Below are positions 32,481 to 44,457 of a stretch of DNA of 47,265 nt, in pieces (position 1 is the first letter of the stretch; every line of letters starts with the position of its first letter). The stretch lies in NCBI GenBank assembly GCA_028288985.1, contig JAQGHE010000051.1:1-47265 (forward strand), in the 5' to 3' direction. The position numbers and the translations under genes were made by a program. The notes under the pieces were generated by a model. That model was not told where the DNA came from. It did not search any database and was given only the letters and a program-made list of their open reading frames with translations. The DNA comes from Candidatus Saccharimonadota bacterium. Its GTDB lineage: Bacteria; Patescibacteriota; Saccharimonadia; Saccharimonadales; UBA10212.

Positions 32481-33068
32481 TTACTTAGGCGGCTCCTGGG
32501 CAGTATCTCCCTGCTCTAGGCGTTTAGCTTCAGCAACAACCGCGCTGAGTATTCGTATGAAGTTTGAGGTATCACTGGTATTAGAGCTGCCGCCTAAGCT
32601 ACGGCGTTCTTTAGGGGACATGGCCAGGTAGGCCTCTACCCCCTCTACGATCAAATAATCTTGCTCAAACATTCTTTCTTCAGCTTCCTCTCGGTTTAGC
32701 CAGGGTTGGTGGTCCCTTCCCGGCAGGTCGGTAGGGATTTTCTGCTTCAGCTTCTCTATATCGACGTCATATAAGGCTTCCGGCCGGGCGGACATTATAG
32801 GCGGCAGGCCTTTATGCAATAGGTGTGAGTTAAGGGCGTAAAGCCGTGTTCCCCATGTAACTTTTGCCCTCTCTCGGTTGCTTAGTTGCTCAACCACTTC
32901 TTTGAACTGCTGATAATCGAACGACCCGGCCGGGCTCTCTTGCTCGGCGCCCGCTTCCGCCGGAGCTTCCCCGGCTGAAGATCCTACAGAGAGCCGCCCC
33001 GCCGCCCTGGCTGCGTCCTCTGGAGGAATGGTCTTGCCTTCGCCTGCTTTGTCTTTTTCCATAGCCAA
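32481..33068 (-). CDS. Hypothetical protein
   Basis: 195-aa ORF with a low-complexity Ala/Gly/Glu N-terminus. No family recognised. Confidence 0.45.
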   Translation of the reverse strand: MAMEKDKAGEGKTIPPEDAARAAGRLSVGSSAGEAPAEAGAEQESPAGSFDYQQFKEVVEQLSNRERAKVTWGTRLYALNSHLLHKGLPPIMSARPEALYDVDIEKLKQKIPTDLPGRDHQPWLNREEAEERMFEQDYLIVEGVEAYLAMSPKERRSLGGSSNTSDTSNFIRILSAVVAEAKRLEQGDTAQEPPK

Positions 33069-33105
33069 GTACTATGCCACCACCGGTGCCGTTTGACAGT
33101 GAGAT

Positions 33106-33630
33106 TTACGACAATCCCACTTGCTGCCTAGGATCATAAACAGTCAAGATATCCGAAGTTAGAGTTTTTGCCATCTTGGTGTCGCCGTATTTAGCGGTAA
33201 CGTCGTTAAGATCAAGGATTTGCCCCATATTGGCAATTATTAAAGCCTCACTAGCAAACCGTTCTATGTCGTCATTATGTTTTTTCATCTTGGCCCGCTC
33301 TGCCCACGTCATCTTGTCGGGTATTTCCAGGATGGATGAGCCCTCGTATTGGTTGGTGAAAATTGATAGGCCACCCTCGCTGATTAATCTGCTATCGATG
33401 GTGTGGAAGCGGTTCCAGGCCACCACGTTTCCTACCCGGTGATCGGAAGCTCGTATAAATTGCGTAAAGTCGTGGAAGTTCAAAAACTCTCTTGGCTGGC
33501 GGCCAGTTTCGGCGCTGGCAGCTAAAATACGCTTACCCGCCTCTCGGGCAATGCTGTGCGGCAACCTGTGCAGATCCGCCATGCCCTCATGCCTATTCAT
33601 CACAATAGTTTTATAAAAATAATGCTTCAA
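33106..33630 (-). CDS. Hypothetical protein
   Basis: 174-aa ORF. An alternative start is the internal Met at MNRHEG. No family recognised. Confidence 0.45.
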   Translation of the reverse strand: MKHYFYKTIVMNRHEGMADLHRLPHSIAREAGKRILAASAETGRQPREFLNFHDFTQFIRASDHRVGNVVAWNRFHTIDSRLISEGGLSIFTNQYEGSSILEIPDKMTWAERAKMKKHNDDIERFASEALIIANMGQILDLNDVTAKYGDTKMAKTLTSDILTVYDPRQQVGLS

Positions 33631-33664
33631 TGCTGTTAAAAAACTAACGCTTGCTAGTAAGTCT

Positions 33665-35035
33665 TTAGCTTTGGCTAAAGAAGTCGGCGCTTTCCATCTC
33701 TGGAGGCAGGAAGCCCTCGTTTGGCTTAAAATCCGCCTGCCACTTGTAGTCTTTGCCGTAGCCGAGGTCTTTCATTAGTTTAGTCGGGGCGTTGCGCAGA
33801 TGCAGCGGTACCGGCAGATCTGGAAAGTCCCGGGCAGCTGACAAGGCTTGGTTCATGGCGCTGGTAACCTCACGGGATTTTGGAGCTTTGGCCATTACGG
33901 CGGCGCAGTGGAATAAGTTGTACTGGCACTCCGGCATGCCGATGCGCTCTACTGCCAGGAAGGTGGAGACCGCCAGATTGAGTGCCGCCGGGGCGGCCAG
34001 GCCGATATCTTCGCTGGCGAATACCACCATCCGCCGGGCGATGAACTTGGGATCTTCGCCGGCTTGCAGCATCCGGGCCATATAATAAAGCGCGGCGCTT
34101 GGCTGGCTGCCGCGCATGCTTTTTATGAAGGCACTGATGATGTTGTAGTGATTCTCGCCGGCTTTGTCATAGCCGGGGATTCTGGTTTGAGCAGCCGATT
34201 CGATTATTTCTTTAGTAATCGTGCCTTTAGTGAGGCTGGCTGCTAGCTCCAGCGTGTTCAACACAATGCGGGCATCACCGCCGCTCATTTCAGCTAGTAG
34301 ATCCAGGGAGGCGGCCGGCAATCTTTTATCCGAAATCTTTTCGGCTTTGGCGGCACGTTTCAAAATCTCAACCAAATCAGCTTTGCTAAGCGGCTCCAGA
34401 ACGATGACCCGGCTGCGCGAAAGCAAAGGGTTGATGACCTCGAAGCTGGGGTTCTCGGTGGTGGCGCCGATCAAAGTGATTAAGCCGGATTCCACGTGAG
34501 GTAAAAAGGCATCCTGCTGGGCTTTATTGAAGCGGTGAATTTCGTCGACAAAAAGTACCGTGTGCTTGGGCCGGACAGTCTGCTCTCCGGCGGAGCCGGA
34601 GACTCCACTGCCCTTTTTGGTGCGCGGCGGCGTTGCCGGCGCCGATACTCCTTCGTCGTATTTGCCATACGCCTCTGTCCGTTTCTCGCTGGCGCCTTGC
34701 GCCCCATCCAAGCCAAGCACACGTTGCTTGCTGTCCTGTGATGTTGCTGCAATGTGCTGATTCTCGCGGGCGCGCTCTACGACTTTGTTCACGTCGGCTT
34801 TGCCTGATGTTACGGCCGACAGCTCGATAAAATCAGCTTCCATGTCACTCGCGATAATGCGGGCCAAGGTAGTTTTGCCGCTGCCTGGGGGACCCCAGAA
34901 GATCAGCGAAAAAGGCTGGCCGGTACTAACCAAACGCGGAATCAGCTGCCCTTCGCCTAAAATATGTGCCTGGCCTACCACCTCAGACAGTGTCTTTGGG
35001 CGCATCCTCTCCGCTAGCGGCTGTTTTAGCTCCAT
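33665..35035 (-). CDS. rarA: Replication-associated recombination protein A (RarA/MgsA AAA+ ATPase) with a low-complexity insertion
   Basis: 456 aa with LAERMRPKTLSEVVGQ, GPPGSGKTTLA (Walker A) and LFVDEIHRFNKAQQDAFL (Walker B/sensor). The C-terminal MgsA-type domain includes NAPTKLMKDLGYGKDYKW. Confidence 0.85.
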   Translation of the reverse strand: MELKQPLAERMRPKTLSEVVGQAHILGEGQLIPRLVSTGQPFSLIFWGPPGSGKTTLARIIASDMEADFIELSAVTSGKADVNKVVERARENQHIAATSQDSKQRVLGLDGAQGASEKRTEAYGKYDEGVSAPATPPRTKKGSGVSGSAGEQTVRPKHTVLFVDEIHRFNKAQQDAFLPHVESGLITLIGATTENPSFEVINPLLSRSRVIVLEPLSKADLVEILKRAAKAEKISDKRLPAASLDLLAEMSGGDARIVLNTLELAASLTKGTITKEIIESAAQTRIPGYDKAGENHYNIISAFIKSMRGSQPSAALYYMARMLQAGEDPKFIARRMVVFASEDIGLAAPAALNLAVSTFLAVERIGMPECQYNLFHCAAVMAKAPKSREVTSAMNQALSAARDFPDLPVPLHLRNAPTKLMKDLGYGKDYKWQADFKPNEGFLPPEMESADFFSQS

Positions 35036-35063
35036 CTTTATTAGTATACACCCCTGTTTCGTA

Positions 35064-35092
35064 TTGACTTTCTAAAGCACTTATGCTATAAT
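35064..35092 (+). promoter_or_regulatory. Promoter TTGACT-17 nt-TATAAT (TGn extended -10) upstream of 35141-35491
   Basis: Near-consensus hexamers. Spacing counted by hand. Confidence 0.55.
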
Positions 35093-35140
35093 CAGATTCA
35101 GTTCCGGCAACCCGCCGGGGCACCTTCCCAAGGGGGAACA

Positions 35141-35491
35141 GTGAGTTCAGACACCAAGCAAATCCGTCTGCTTGCGGCAGTTCTTCTGCTGCTACTCGTA
35201 TACGGAGGGCTGATCACCTGCGCCGTCGTCGGTGGATTGACGTTCAGCGTGTTCGTCTTCATCGTCGGGCTCTTCAGCCTGACCTATACGGTCTTTGGCT
35301 GGATCGATGACACAAAGGCCGGCGCGGGTATCAGAAAAGTGATGAAGGAGGACTACGGTCGCCTGATCAAGTGCTGGCTGTTTGTTCTCCTTCTGATCAT
35401 CCTCTTCGCACTGACGTCCTTCGCCGCCCTTCGCATCGCAATGCGCTTGGCGGGTAGCGCGCACGCCTCGCCGGCCACAGCCGGCGCATGA
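35141..35491 (+). CDS. Hypothetical membrane protein (GC3-rich cassette)
   Basis: 116 aa, GTG start after AAGGGGG, 3-4 TM segments, GC-rich third positions. Confidence 0.5.
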   Translation: MSSDTKQIRLLAAVLLLLLVYGGLITCAVVGGLTFSVFVFIVGLFSLTYTVFGWIDDTKAGAGIRKVMKEDYGRLIKCWLFVLLLIILFALTSFAALRIAMRLAGSAHASPATAGA

Positions 35492-35499
35492 CGTCCCAC

Positions 35500-35544
35500 G
35501 GGCCGCCCTTGCACCTTCACGGTGCGGGGCGGCCCTTTTCTTTT
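35500..35544 (+). terminator. Terminator: nested GC hairpin GGGCCGCCC...GGGCGGCCC plus a T-rich tail
   Basis: Outer 9-bp stem (35500-35508 with 35527-35535) encloses GCACC-ttcac-GGTGC, followed by TTTTCTTTT. Confidence 0.65.
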
Positions 35545-35546
35545 AC

Positions 35547-36293
35547 CTAAGCTTCTATTCTGTTAAAGCGATTAACCGCGAAGGTGACGCAGACTACCAA
35601 TGTTAAAGCTACCACCAGCAAATCTTTACCCAGCCCAAAGTGGGATTGATGGATCATGGTAAACCGCAGGGCATCCACGCAGTAGCTCAACGGATTTATT
35701 GACGATAGTATTCGCAGAAAATCAGGCACATTAGTCAGCGGATAGAGAGCGCTGGACAGGAAGAAAAGCGGAAATATGAGGAAGTTGTTAATGCCCTGGA
35801 AACCCTGAAAATCCTCGACCATGCTGGCTAGTCCCGCCCCGAAGCTGGTAAGTGCCAGGCTGAGCACCAGCATGATAAGTAGGCTAAGCGGCAAATAAAG
35901 CCAGTTATACGGCCTGAAGCCCAGGGCTAGGGAAATAATCAGCACGAAAACTCCCTGCAAAAACGAAATCGTTGCCCCGCCCAGCGCATTACCCAGCAGT
36001 ATGCTTAGGCGTGATACGGGGGCTACCAGCATCTCTTTTAAAAAGCCGAAGCGCTTGTCGAACAGTATTTGAATTCCCCAGAATACACCCGAGAACAAGA
36101 TCGTCTGGATGATGATGCCGGGCACCAAAAATTGCAGATAATTGCCCTCGCCCGCCCGTTTATAGACCGAACCGATACCATAGCCCAAAGCCAGCAGGAA
36201 AAGTATAGGCTGCCCGATGGCTCCCACTATTCGTGAGCGGCTGCGGAAGTAGCGTTTCATTTGCCTCAGCCATAAGATATAAACGACTCCCAC
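35547..36293 (-). CDS. ABC-2 type transporter permease
   Basis: 248 aa with 6 TM segments. GTG start overlaps the stop of the upstream ATPase gene by 1 nt (TAGTG). Confidence 0.75.
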   Translation of the reverse strand: MGVVYILWLRQMKRYFRSRSRIVGAIGQPILFLLALGYGIGSVYKRAGEGNYLQFLVPGIIIQTILFSGVFWGIQILFDKRFGFLKEMLVAPVSRLSILLGNALGGATISFLQGVFVLIISLALGFRPYNWLYLPLSLLIMLVLSLALTSFGAGLASMVEDFQGFQGINNFLIFPLFFLSSALYPLTNVPDFLRILSSINPLSYCVDALRFTMIHQSHFGLGKDLLVVALTLVVCVTFAVNRFNRIEA

Positions 36294-37099
36294 TAGCGCA
36301 GCCTTTGGTTACGTTGGGCAGTGCGGACATTTAGACCGTTATTGGAAAGGCTGGTCTCGTCACGCACTTCTTTGCCGGTCAGGCTTAAATAGGCCTCTTC
36401 CAGAGTTTTGGTGCCTGTCTGTTTTGCCAGCTGGGCGGAGGTGCCGGTGGCGATAATCTTACCGTGGTCAATTATTGCGATGCGTCTGGCTATGGCTTCG
36501 GCTTCCTCTAGATAGTGCGTAGTAAAGAAGATTGTCATGCCCTCTTTTCTGTTGAGCTTTTCAACATAGTCCCACAGCAAGTTACGGGTTTGGGTATCCA
36601 GGCCGAGTGTGGGTTCATCCAGAAACAAGATCTTAGGATGGTGCAGCAGTCCCCGGGCAATCTCCAGGCGGCGTCGCATACCGCCTGAGTAAGTTTTAAC
36701 CATCGAGTCCTTTCGCTCCCACAAATCTACAAGCCTCATCAGTTCTTCGATCCGTTCCTGCTGTTTGGATTTGTCTACTCCATAAAGCACGGCATGTATC
36801 TCCATATTTTCGTAAGCTGAAAGTTCTTCTTCCAAAGCGGGATCCTGAAAAACAATACCGAAAGATTTCCGGGCGGCATCCTGATCGGTTGTAACATCGT
36901 GTCCATTGAGCGTTAGCGTGCCATCTGTAGGCCGCAGCATGGTTGTCAGCATCTTGATGGTAGTGCTTTTGCCGGCACCGTTAGGACCAAGGAATGCGAA
37001 TATATCACCGGCTTTGACTTCAAAGCTGATGCCGTCGACGGCCGTCAGGTCGCCAAACTTCTTTACGACATTCTTGGCTACGATAATTGGTTCACTCAT
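36293..37099 (-). CDS. ABC transporter ATP-binding protein (DrrA/ABC-2 exporter type)
   Basis: 268 aa with GPNGAGKST (Walker A), YSGGMRRRL (signature) and ILFLDEPTLGLD (Walker B). Confidence 0.85.
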   Translation of the reverse strand: MSEPIIVAKNVVKKFGDLTAVDGISFEVKAGDIFAFLGPNGAGKSTTIKMLTTMLRPTDGTLTLNGHDVTTDQDAARKSFGIVFQDPALEEELSAYENMEIHAVLYGVDKSKQQERIEELMRLVDLWERKDSMVKTYSGGMRRRLEIARGLLHHPKILFLDEPTLGLDTQTRNLLWDYVEKLNRKEGMTIFFTTHYLEEAEAIARRIAIIDHGKIIATGTSAQLAKQTGTKTLEEAYLSLTGKEVRDETSLSNNGLNVRTAQRNQRLR

Positions 37100-37108
37100 C
37101 GCTAATCA

Positions 37109-38452
37109 TTATACCCGGGCGTCAAGCACCTGCTTGGAGCTGCTGCCGTTTTTATAGATTTTTAGGTCCGAGGTGTCCTTTTGCCACTGCTTGATTACGG
37201 GATCGAGTATTTTCCAGGAAGCTAAAATTTCGCCGCCGCTGGCAAATAGGCTTTGATTGCCCAGCATGGCATCAACCAAAACCTGTTCGTAGGCGTTGGG
37301 GAGCCGATCGAAATGCTGCTGATAAGAAAATTCCAGGGGGACCTTTTGCAGCCTGCGCAGGTAGCCGGGGCTCTTGACCCATAGGCCCAGTTCTATACCC
37401 TCGTGCGGCTGGACCCGCAGGCGCAGCAGGTTGGGCTTTTCGTTTTTTGCTGCTTTAAAATGGACCCTTATTTCGGTTAACCGTTCGTTTAGCTTCTTAC
37501 CGGTTGTCAGGGTGATGGGCACGCCTTCCCACCTGGGGTCTTTGCTGCTGATTTTTAAATGCACGAAGGTTTCAGTGACTGAACCCGGTGCGCCGGCCTC
37601 TTCTTTGTAATCCGCGTACTGGCCCCGCACCACCCCGGCCGTAGAGCTATCGAACCTAACCGGCTGCAGGTTGGATAACGCAGCTAACCGCCGCCTGGGT
37701 ATTTCTTCAAAATCAAATATGTCGGAGCAAGGTTCCATCAGCACCAAAGCCGCCAATTGGAGGCCGTGGCTTTGGACTATATCGCGCAGGGCGCCGGTTG
37801 GTTCGTAAAAATCGCCGCGCCCCTCAATGCCGATGCTCTCCAGCACGTCTATTTCTATCTTTTCAATGAACCGATTGTTCCAGATGTTGCGGAACATGGC
37901 ATTGCTGCCCAGAAAGACCGTTATATTCTGGGCCATTTCTTTGGCCAGGTAGTGATCTATGCGATACACCTGGTCTTCGCTGAAGTACTTGGACGTTTGA
38001 GTAATCAACTGCCGGGCCGACTCCAAATCCGAGCCGAAAGGTTTTTCCAGCAGCAGCTTGGCGTGGTTTTTGTTAAGGCCGGCTTCGCCCAGGTTCTTAA
38101 TTATCGGCAACACGCCGGCGGGCGGCACCACCAGATAGTAAATAACCTGGGCCTGCTTGCCGAAATCTTTTCGTAGTTCGGAAATTTTTGTGTCCAGCTG
38201 TTTATAGTCTTCGGGGTTGTCTACGTCCATCTGGAAAAGCTGAGTCTTAGGCCGCAGAACCTTAACATCATCAGCAATCACTGACTCTACGTCCACTTGC
38301 CGGCGCGAAACGCCAAGGATTATAAAATCATCTTCAACATGGCCGGCTTTTACGATTTGGGCCAGGGCCGGCAGTAAATAGCGGCGCGACAAATCGCCGG
38401 TGATGCCAAAAATCACAAAGATAGTCGGGGGTAAAACCTCGTTTTCAGTCAT
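37109..38452 (-). CDS. zwf: Glucose-6-phosphate 1-dehydrogenase
   Basis: 447 aa with IFGITGDLSRRYLLPAL (GxxGDLx dinucleotide motif), EKPFG and RIDHYLAKE (active-site RIDHYLGKE motif). Confidence 0.85.
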   Translation of the reverse strand: MTENEVLPPTIFVIFGITGDLSRRYLLPALAQIVKAGHVEDDFIILGVSRRQVDVESVIADDVKVLRPKTQLFQMDVDNPEDYKQLDTKISELRKDFGKQAQVIYYLVVPPAGVLPIIKNLGEAGLNKNHAKLLLEKPFGSDLESARQLITQTSKYFSEDQVYRIDHYLAKEMAQNITVFLGSNAMFRNIWNNRFIEKIEIDVLESIGIEGRGDFYEPTGALRDIVQSHGLQLAALVLMEPCSDIFDFEEIPRRRLAALSNLQPVRFDSSTAGVVRGQYADYKEEAGAPGSVTETFVHLKISSKDPRWEGVPITLTTGKKLNERLTEIRVHFKAAKNEKPNLLRLRVQPHEGIELGLWVKSPGYLRRLQKVPLEFSYQQHFDRLPNAYEQVLVDAMLGNQSLFASGGEILASWKILDPVIKQWQKDTSDLKIYKNGSSSKQVLDARV

Positions 38453-38606
38453 TTACTTTAATTATAGACCTACTCGCTTGCTATAAGTAGTGACTCTCGA
38501 GAGGAAAAACTGATACAATACTATTAAATGCGTGGAGGGCACCAATCTTTTACGCGACCCGCATGCAAGTGCTAGCCGCCCGGCATGCCGTGGGTAAGGA
38601 GAATAA

Positions 38607-39410
38607 TTGATCAATACATTTGCACTAACAACTGAACCGCTGGCCGCCGAGAAGCTTTTTAATATAGGGCCGCTGAGCGTTACTAACTCCATGCTATTTG
38701 GCGTGCTTATTGCCATTTTTACGATCGGGCTGCTGCTGCTGGCCGCCAAAATGACCCAGCTTCACCCCCGTTCGCGCTTCGCCTATATTATAGAGCTTTT
38801 GGTAGACGGTATCTGGGCTACCGCTATCGGCACTTTTGGCGATCGCAAGACCGCCCTTAAACACCTGCCGCTTCTGGCTACCCTTTTCATCTTTATACTT
38901 TTTTGCAATCTTGCCGGCTCCGGGTTGCTGCCTTTTATCGGGCCGCTGCAGGCGCATACTCACGGGGGCGAGACCATATCGCTGCTTAGGCCCCTCACAA
39001 CCGACTTGAACGCCACGCTTTCCATGGCTATACTCACGATTGGCCTTGTACAGTTTTATGCTATCCGCCAGCTTGGCATCCGGGGCCACCTGCGCCACTA
39101 TTTTGCCGCGCCGCTATACAACCCCATGAACCTGTTCATAGGTTTGAACGAAGTGTTTGGCGAGCTGCTACGGATCGTAACTCTATCAATGAGGTTGTTC
39201 GGTGTTATTTACGCCGGCGAAGTATTGATTCACGCCGTTGACCAGCTAGCTGGAAATTTTGGCTGGCTGGGCATGGTGCCCACCGTTCTGATGGAAATAT
39301 TTTTCTCCATCATCCAGGCTTATGTGTTTATGATGCTTTCTGCCACCTATCTATCGGTAGCGATCGGCAGTGAACATAGTGAGAAAAAAGCAGCGGAGGC
39401 TGCGCATTAA
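38607..39410 (+). CDS. atpB: F0F1 ATP synthase subunit a
   Basis: 267 aa, TTG start after AAGGAG, polytopic. It contains LSMRLFGVIYAGE (conserved Arg of subunit a). First gene of the atp operon. Confidence 0.85.
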   Translation: MINTFALTTEPLAAEKLFNIGPLSVTNSMLFGVLIAIFTIGLLLLAAKMTQLHPRSRFAYIIELLVDGIWATAIGTFGDRKTALKHLPLLATLFIFILFCNLAGSGLLPFIGPLQAHTHGGETISLLRPLTTDLNATLSMAILTIGLVQFYAIRQLGIRGHLRHYFAAPLYNPMNLFIGLNEVFGELLRIVTLSMRLFGVIYAGEVLIHAVDQLAGNFGWLGMVPTVLMEIFFSIIQAYVFMMLSATYLSVAIGSEHSEKKAAEAAH

Positions 39411-39432
39411 TAAGGTAATTAAGGAGTTATAG

Positions 39433-39648
<216 letters not shown>

Positions 39649-39675
39649 AGGAAATATCAGCGAGGAATCTAAATA

Positions 39676-40203
39676 GTGATCATGCTTAATCCACAATTTG
39701 CTGCAAGCTCCGGCGGTATTTCGTCGCTGGGCGTTAATGGCCAGAGCTTCCTGTTCAACCTGATCACTTTCGCGATCGTACTGCTGATTTTACGCCGATG
39801 GGTATTTCCAAAGCTGGTAAAAACCCTGGAAGACCGACGTAAAACTCTGGAAGAAAGCCTGGTCCAAGCCCGCCAAACCGAAGAAGCGCTGGCTAACGCC
39901 GAAGTAAAAGCCGAAGAGCTGCTGACTAAAGCTCGGACTCAGGCCGACGCCGCACTAGCAGAGGCCAGAAAGCAAGCCGAAGTCATTATCGCCAAAGGTG
40001 AAACTGAGGCCGGCGAACGCGCCCGGCGCATCATCGCAGAGGCCGAGGCCCGCCTGGATATTGAGCGCCAACGCCTGCACCAGCAGCTGCGACGTGAACT
40101 AGCGGCACTGGTTGTTACGGCTACGGAAAAGGTGCTGCGCAAAAAGCTTGATGAGAAGACCGACCGCGAGCTGATTGAGAAAAGCCTGAAGGAGCTAGCC
40201 TAA
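39676..40203 (+). CDS. atpF: F0F1 ATP synthase subunit b
   Basis: 175 aa, one N-terminal TM, then a long charged Ala/Glu/Arg-rich helix. Operon position supports the call. Confidence 0.8.
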   Translation: MIMLNPQFAASSGGISSLGVNGQSFLFNLITFAIVLLILRRWVFPKLVKTLEDRRKTLEESLVQARQTEEALANAEVKAEELLTKARTQADAALAEARKQAEVIIAKGETEAGERARRIIAEAEARLDIERQRLHQQLRRELAALVVTATEKVLRKKLDEKTDRELIEKSLKELA

Positions 40204-40207
40204 AATT

Positions 40208-40600
40208 ATGATACGCACCAGCCGCCGCCAGCTAGCCAGGTACGGCGCCGACCAGCTTTTGGCCGGCATCCCGGCAAACACTATCGCCCGACATCTGGGT
40301 GCCGTTTTAGTTGAATCTAAAAAGACCAACCAGGCCGAACTGCTGCTATCGGACATCGCCTGGGAGTTGGAGCGCCGCGGCAAAGTATCAAACGTAGACA
40401 TCACTACGGCTACGCCCCTAACTGACCAGCTTCGGCGCGAACTTAGTGCTTTTATCAAAAAGTCGGTGAGCGTAGAGGGCACCGCCCTGCACGAGCTTAT
40501 CGACAAAGAAGTAATCGGCGGCATACGGATAGACACGGCCAGCCGCAGCTGGGATAAGACAATTGCAAGAGAATTAACAGAAATACGGGAGGCCTTTTAA
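40208..40600 (+). CDS. atpH: F0F1 ATP synthase subunit delta (short form, 130 aa)
   Basis: Operon position and the C-terminal block [26 protein letters not shown] support the call. It is about 50 aa shorter than typical delta subunits. Its stop overlaps the atpA start (TAATG). Confidence 0.7.
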   Translation: MIRTSRRQLARYGADQLLAGIPANTIARHLGAVLVESKKTNQAELLLSDIAWELERRGKVSNVDITTATPLTDQLRRELSAFIKKSVSVEGTALHELIDKEVIGGIRIDTASRSWDKTIARELTEIREAF

Positions 40601-42147
40601 TGGCAAAAACTGACTTTGACGTAAAGACACTAGCGAATGAGGTTAACCAGGCTATTGCTGATTTGAAAGAAGCCGGCAGTGAAAAATCCAGCGGTGTCGT
40701 TATCCGCGTCGGTGACGGCGTAGCTTGGATTTACGGCCTGCGCGATGCCGGATACGCCGAAGTTTTGGAAATTGAGGGCACCGGGGGCAAGCGGATCACG
40801 GCTTTCGCGCTGAACCTTATGGAAGACGAAGTCGGCGCCGTACTGCTTGGCGACGACCAGTATGTAAAAGCCGGCGCCCGCGTCAGCCTGACCGGCCATA
40901 TCTTGAGCGTACCGGTAGGCCCGGAACTAGCCGGCCGAGTTATCGACCCGCTGGGCCGCCCGCTGGACGGCAAGGGAGAAATCAAAACTAAAGCAACCGG
41001 CGACGTAGAACGAAACGCCCCCGGCGTTATTGCCAGAAAGAGCGTCCACGAACCCTTACTTACCGGCCTCACGGCCATTGATGCCATGGTTCCCATCGGC
41101 CGCGGCCAGCGCGAGCTGATTATCGGCGACCGCCAAACCGGCAAAACCGCTATCGCCGTCGACACCATGATCAACCAGGGTCGCCAGAAAACCGGAGTAA
41201 TTAATATTTACGTAGCCATCGGCCAAAAGAGCGCCAAAGTTGCCCGCCTGATTGAACGTCTTAAACGCGAAGGAGTCATGGACCAGACGGTAATCGTGGC
41301 CACTTCGGCAGCCGATCCGGCCAGCCTTCAATATTTAGCCCCTTATGCGGCTACAGCCGTGGGCGAATGGTTCCGCGACAACAAGCAGCACGCTCTGATT
41401 ATTTATGACGATCTAAGTAAGCACGCCATCGCCTACCGGCAGATGTCGCTGCTGCTGCGCCGGCCGCCGGGACGCGAAGCTTATCCGGGTGATGTCTTTT
41501 ACTTGCACTCCCGCCTTCTGGAGCGCTCCGCAAAGTTGTCCGATGATCTGGGCGGCGGCAGCCTAACCGCCCTGCCGATTATCGAGACCCAGGCCGGAGA
41601 CGTCAGCGCCTACATTCCAACCAATGTCATTTCCATCACCGATGGCCAGATCTATCTGGAAACCGACCTATTCTATCAAGGCGTTCGCCCAGCCATTTCC
41701 GTCGGCTTATCCGTTTCGCGTGTTGGTGGAGCCGCCCAGCCGCCGGCTACCCGTTCCGTGGCCGGAAGCCTACGCTTAAACTTAGCGCAGTACCGCGAAC
41801 TGGCCGCCTTCAGCCAATTTAGCAGCGACCTTGATGAGCAGACTCAAACCCAATTGTCCCGCGGCCACCTGCTGACGGAACTCTTGAAGCAACCCCAGTA
41901 CTCGCCGTTGGCTGTCTGGCAGCAAGTAGTTACCATCCTAGCCGGAACAGAGGGCGCCTTTGATAACGTGCCAATCGATAAGATTAAGTCTGCCCAGGAA
42001 GCCCTGCTGACCACCATCGAGCAAAAGCATAAGAAACTGATTGAAGAACTAAGCGGCGGCGAAAAGCCCTCTGACGCCACCCGCAAAAAAATCGTCGAGA
42101 TTGCCGCGGACGTAGCCAAGCAATATAAAGGAGTAAAGGCTAAATAG
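40600..42147 (+). CDS. atpA: F0F1 ATP synthase subunit alpha
   Basis: 515 aa with [11 protein letters not shown] (P-loop) and highly conserved alpha blocks throughout. Confidence 0.95.
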   Translation: MAKTDFDVKTLANEVNQAIADLKEAGSEKSSGVVIRVGDGVAWIYGLRDAGYAEVLEIEGTGGKRITAFALNLMEDEVGAVLLGDDQYVKAGARVSLTGHILSVPVGPELAGRVIDPLGRPLDGKGEIKTKATGDVERNAPGVIARKSVHEPLLTGLTAIDAMVPIGRGQRELIIGDRQTGKTAIAVDTMINQGRQKTGVINIYVAIGQKSAKVARLIERLKREGVMDQTVIVATSAADPASLQYLAPYAATAVGEWFRDNKQHALIIYDDLSKHAIAYRQMSLLLRRPPGREAYPGDVFYLHSRLLERSAKLSDDLGGGSLTALPIIETQAGDVSAYIPTNVISITDGQIYLETDLFYQGVRPAISVGLSVSRVGGAAQPPATRSVAGSLRLNLAQYRELAAFSQFSSDLDEQTQTQLSRGHLLTELLKQPQYSPLAVWQQVVTILAGTEGAFDNVPIDKIKSAQEALLTTIEQKHKKLIEELSGGEKPSDATRKKIVEIAADVAKQYKGVKAK

Positions 42148-42148
42148 T

Positions 42149-43027
42149 ATGGCCCAGACCAAGACTCTGCAGCGGCGCATCCGCTCCGTAAAAAACGCCG
42201 GGCAAATTACCAAAGCCCTGGAAGTCGTGGCCGCCAGCCGAATGCGCAAGATTTCCTCATACGTAGAAAAAAGCCGGATGTACGCCGAACTGGCCGCCTC
42301 CATCATGCGGCGCATCGCCCCAAGCGAGGAAGCTAAATTGAGCCCCTACTTCAGACCCAACGATGCCAAGGCTAAATTGTACGTAGTTTTTAACAGCGAC
42401 CGCGGCCAAGCCGGAGCCTTTAACTCTAATATCTTTAACGCCGTTAATAATGCCGCCCTGGAAGACCGCCAAAAAGGATTGTCCGTAAGCGCCGTGGTAT
42501 TTGGTCGTAAGGGCACCCACCATTTTTCCAGAATCTCTGATATCGACATGGTTGGCGCTTACGAAGACGTCCCGGATCTGCCGGAAGCCAATTACTTCGC
42601 ATCCGTGCTGGAGTTGATTAAGCGTTATGGAGACGGTGAGTTTGCCGGCGTGGATATCTTTTATACGAAGTTTGTGTCCAGCCTCAGCCAGCAGGCCAAG
42701 CGAGTCCAGCTGCTGCCCATAGCCCCGGAGGAAATCGAGGCCGCCAAGGAGGAAGAAGGACCGGTTAAAGTTTTCGAGTTTGAGCCGGACATCGAGGCCG
42801 TTTTGGATGAAGGCCTGCGGCTTTATTTTGAATCAAAGATTATGCAGGCCCGGATTGAATCAGCCACCAGCGAGTACGCCATGCGCATGGTGGCCATGGG
42901 CAATGCCAACCGCAACGCCAGCGATCTGGTTGATAGTTTGACACTTGAGATGAACTCCCTGCGCCAGGCCGCCATCACGCAGGAAATTGCCGAGATTACC
43001 GGCGGCTCCGAGGCATTAGCAGTATGA
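42149..43027 (+). CDS. atpG: F0F1 ATP synthase subunit gamma
   Basis: 292 aa. The N-terminal RIRSVKNAGQITKALEVVAASRMRK and C-terminal QAAITQEIAEITGG are gamma signatures. Ends in TGA. Confidence 0.9.
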   Translation: MAQTKTLQRRIRSVKNAGQITKALEVVAASRMRKISSYVEKSRMYAELAASIMRRIAPSEEAKLSPYFRPNDAKAKLYVVFNSDRGQAGAFNSNIFNAVNNAALEDRQKGLSVSAVVFGRKGTHHFSRISDIDMVGAYEDVPDLPEANYFASVLELIKRYGDGEFAGVDIFYTKFVSSLSQQAKRVQLLPIAPEEIEAAKEEEGPVKVFEFEPDIEAVLDEGLRLYFESKIMQARIESATSEYAMRMVAMGNANRNASDLVDSLTLEMNSLRQAAITQEIAEITGGSEALAV

Positions 43028-43053
43028 AACCAGTAAAGAGAGGACAAAGATAA

Positions 43054-44439
<1,386 letters not shown>

Positions 44440-44457
44440 CGGACGTTTTAGAATCAT

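Noticed and set aside
32481-33630. Tandem paralogy of the two hypothetical proteins (shared F-D-x-x-Q-F ... W ... S-x-L-x-x-x-G pattern)
   Set aside because: The similarity I can see by eye is short and needs gaps. It is not strong enough to claim without a proper alignment.
38462-38749. Minus-strand 95-aa ORF overlapping the atpB start region
   Set aside because: It lies antisense to the atpB 5' end and the operon promoter region, with no RBS and no recognisable product. The same applies to the many antisense ORFs inside atpA, atpD, atpG, zwf and rarA listed in the track.
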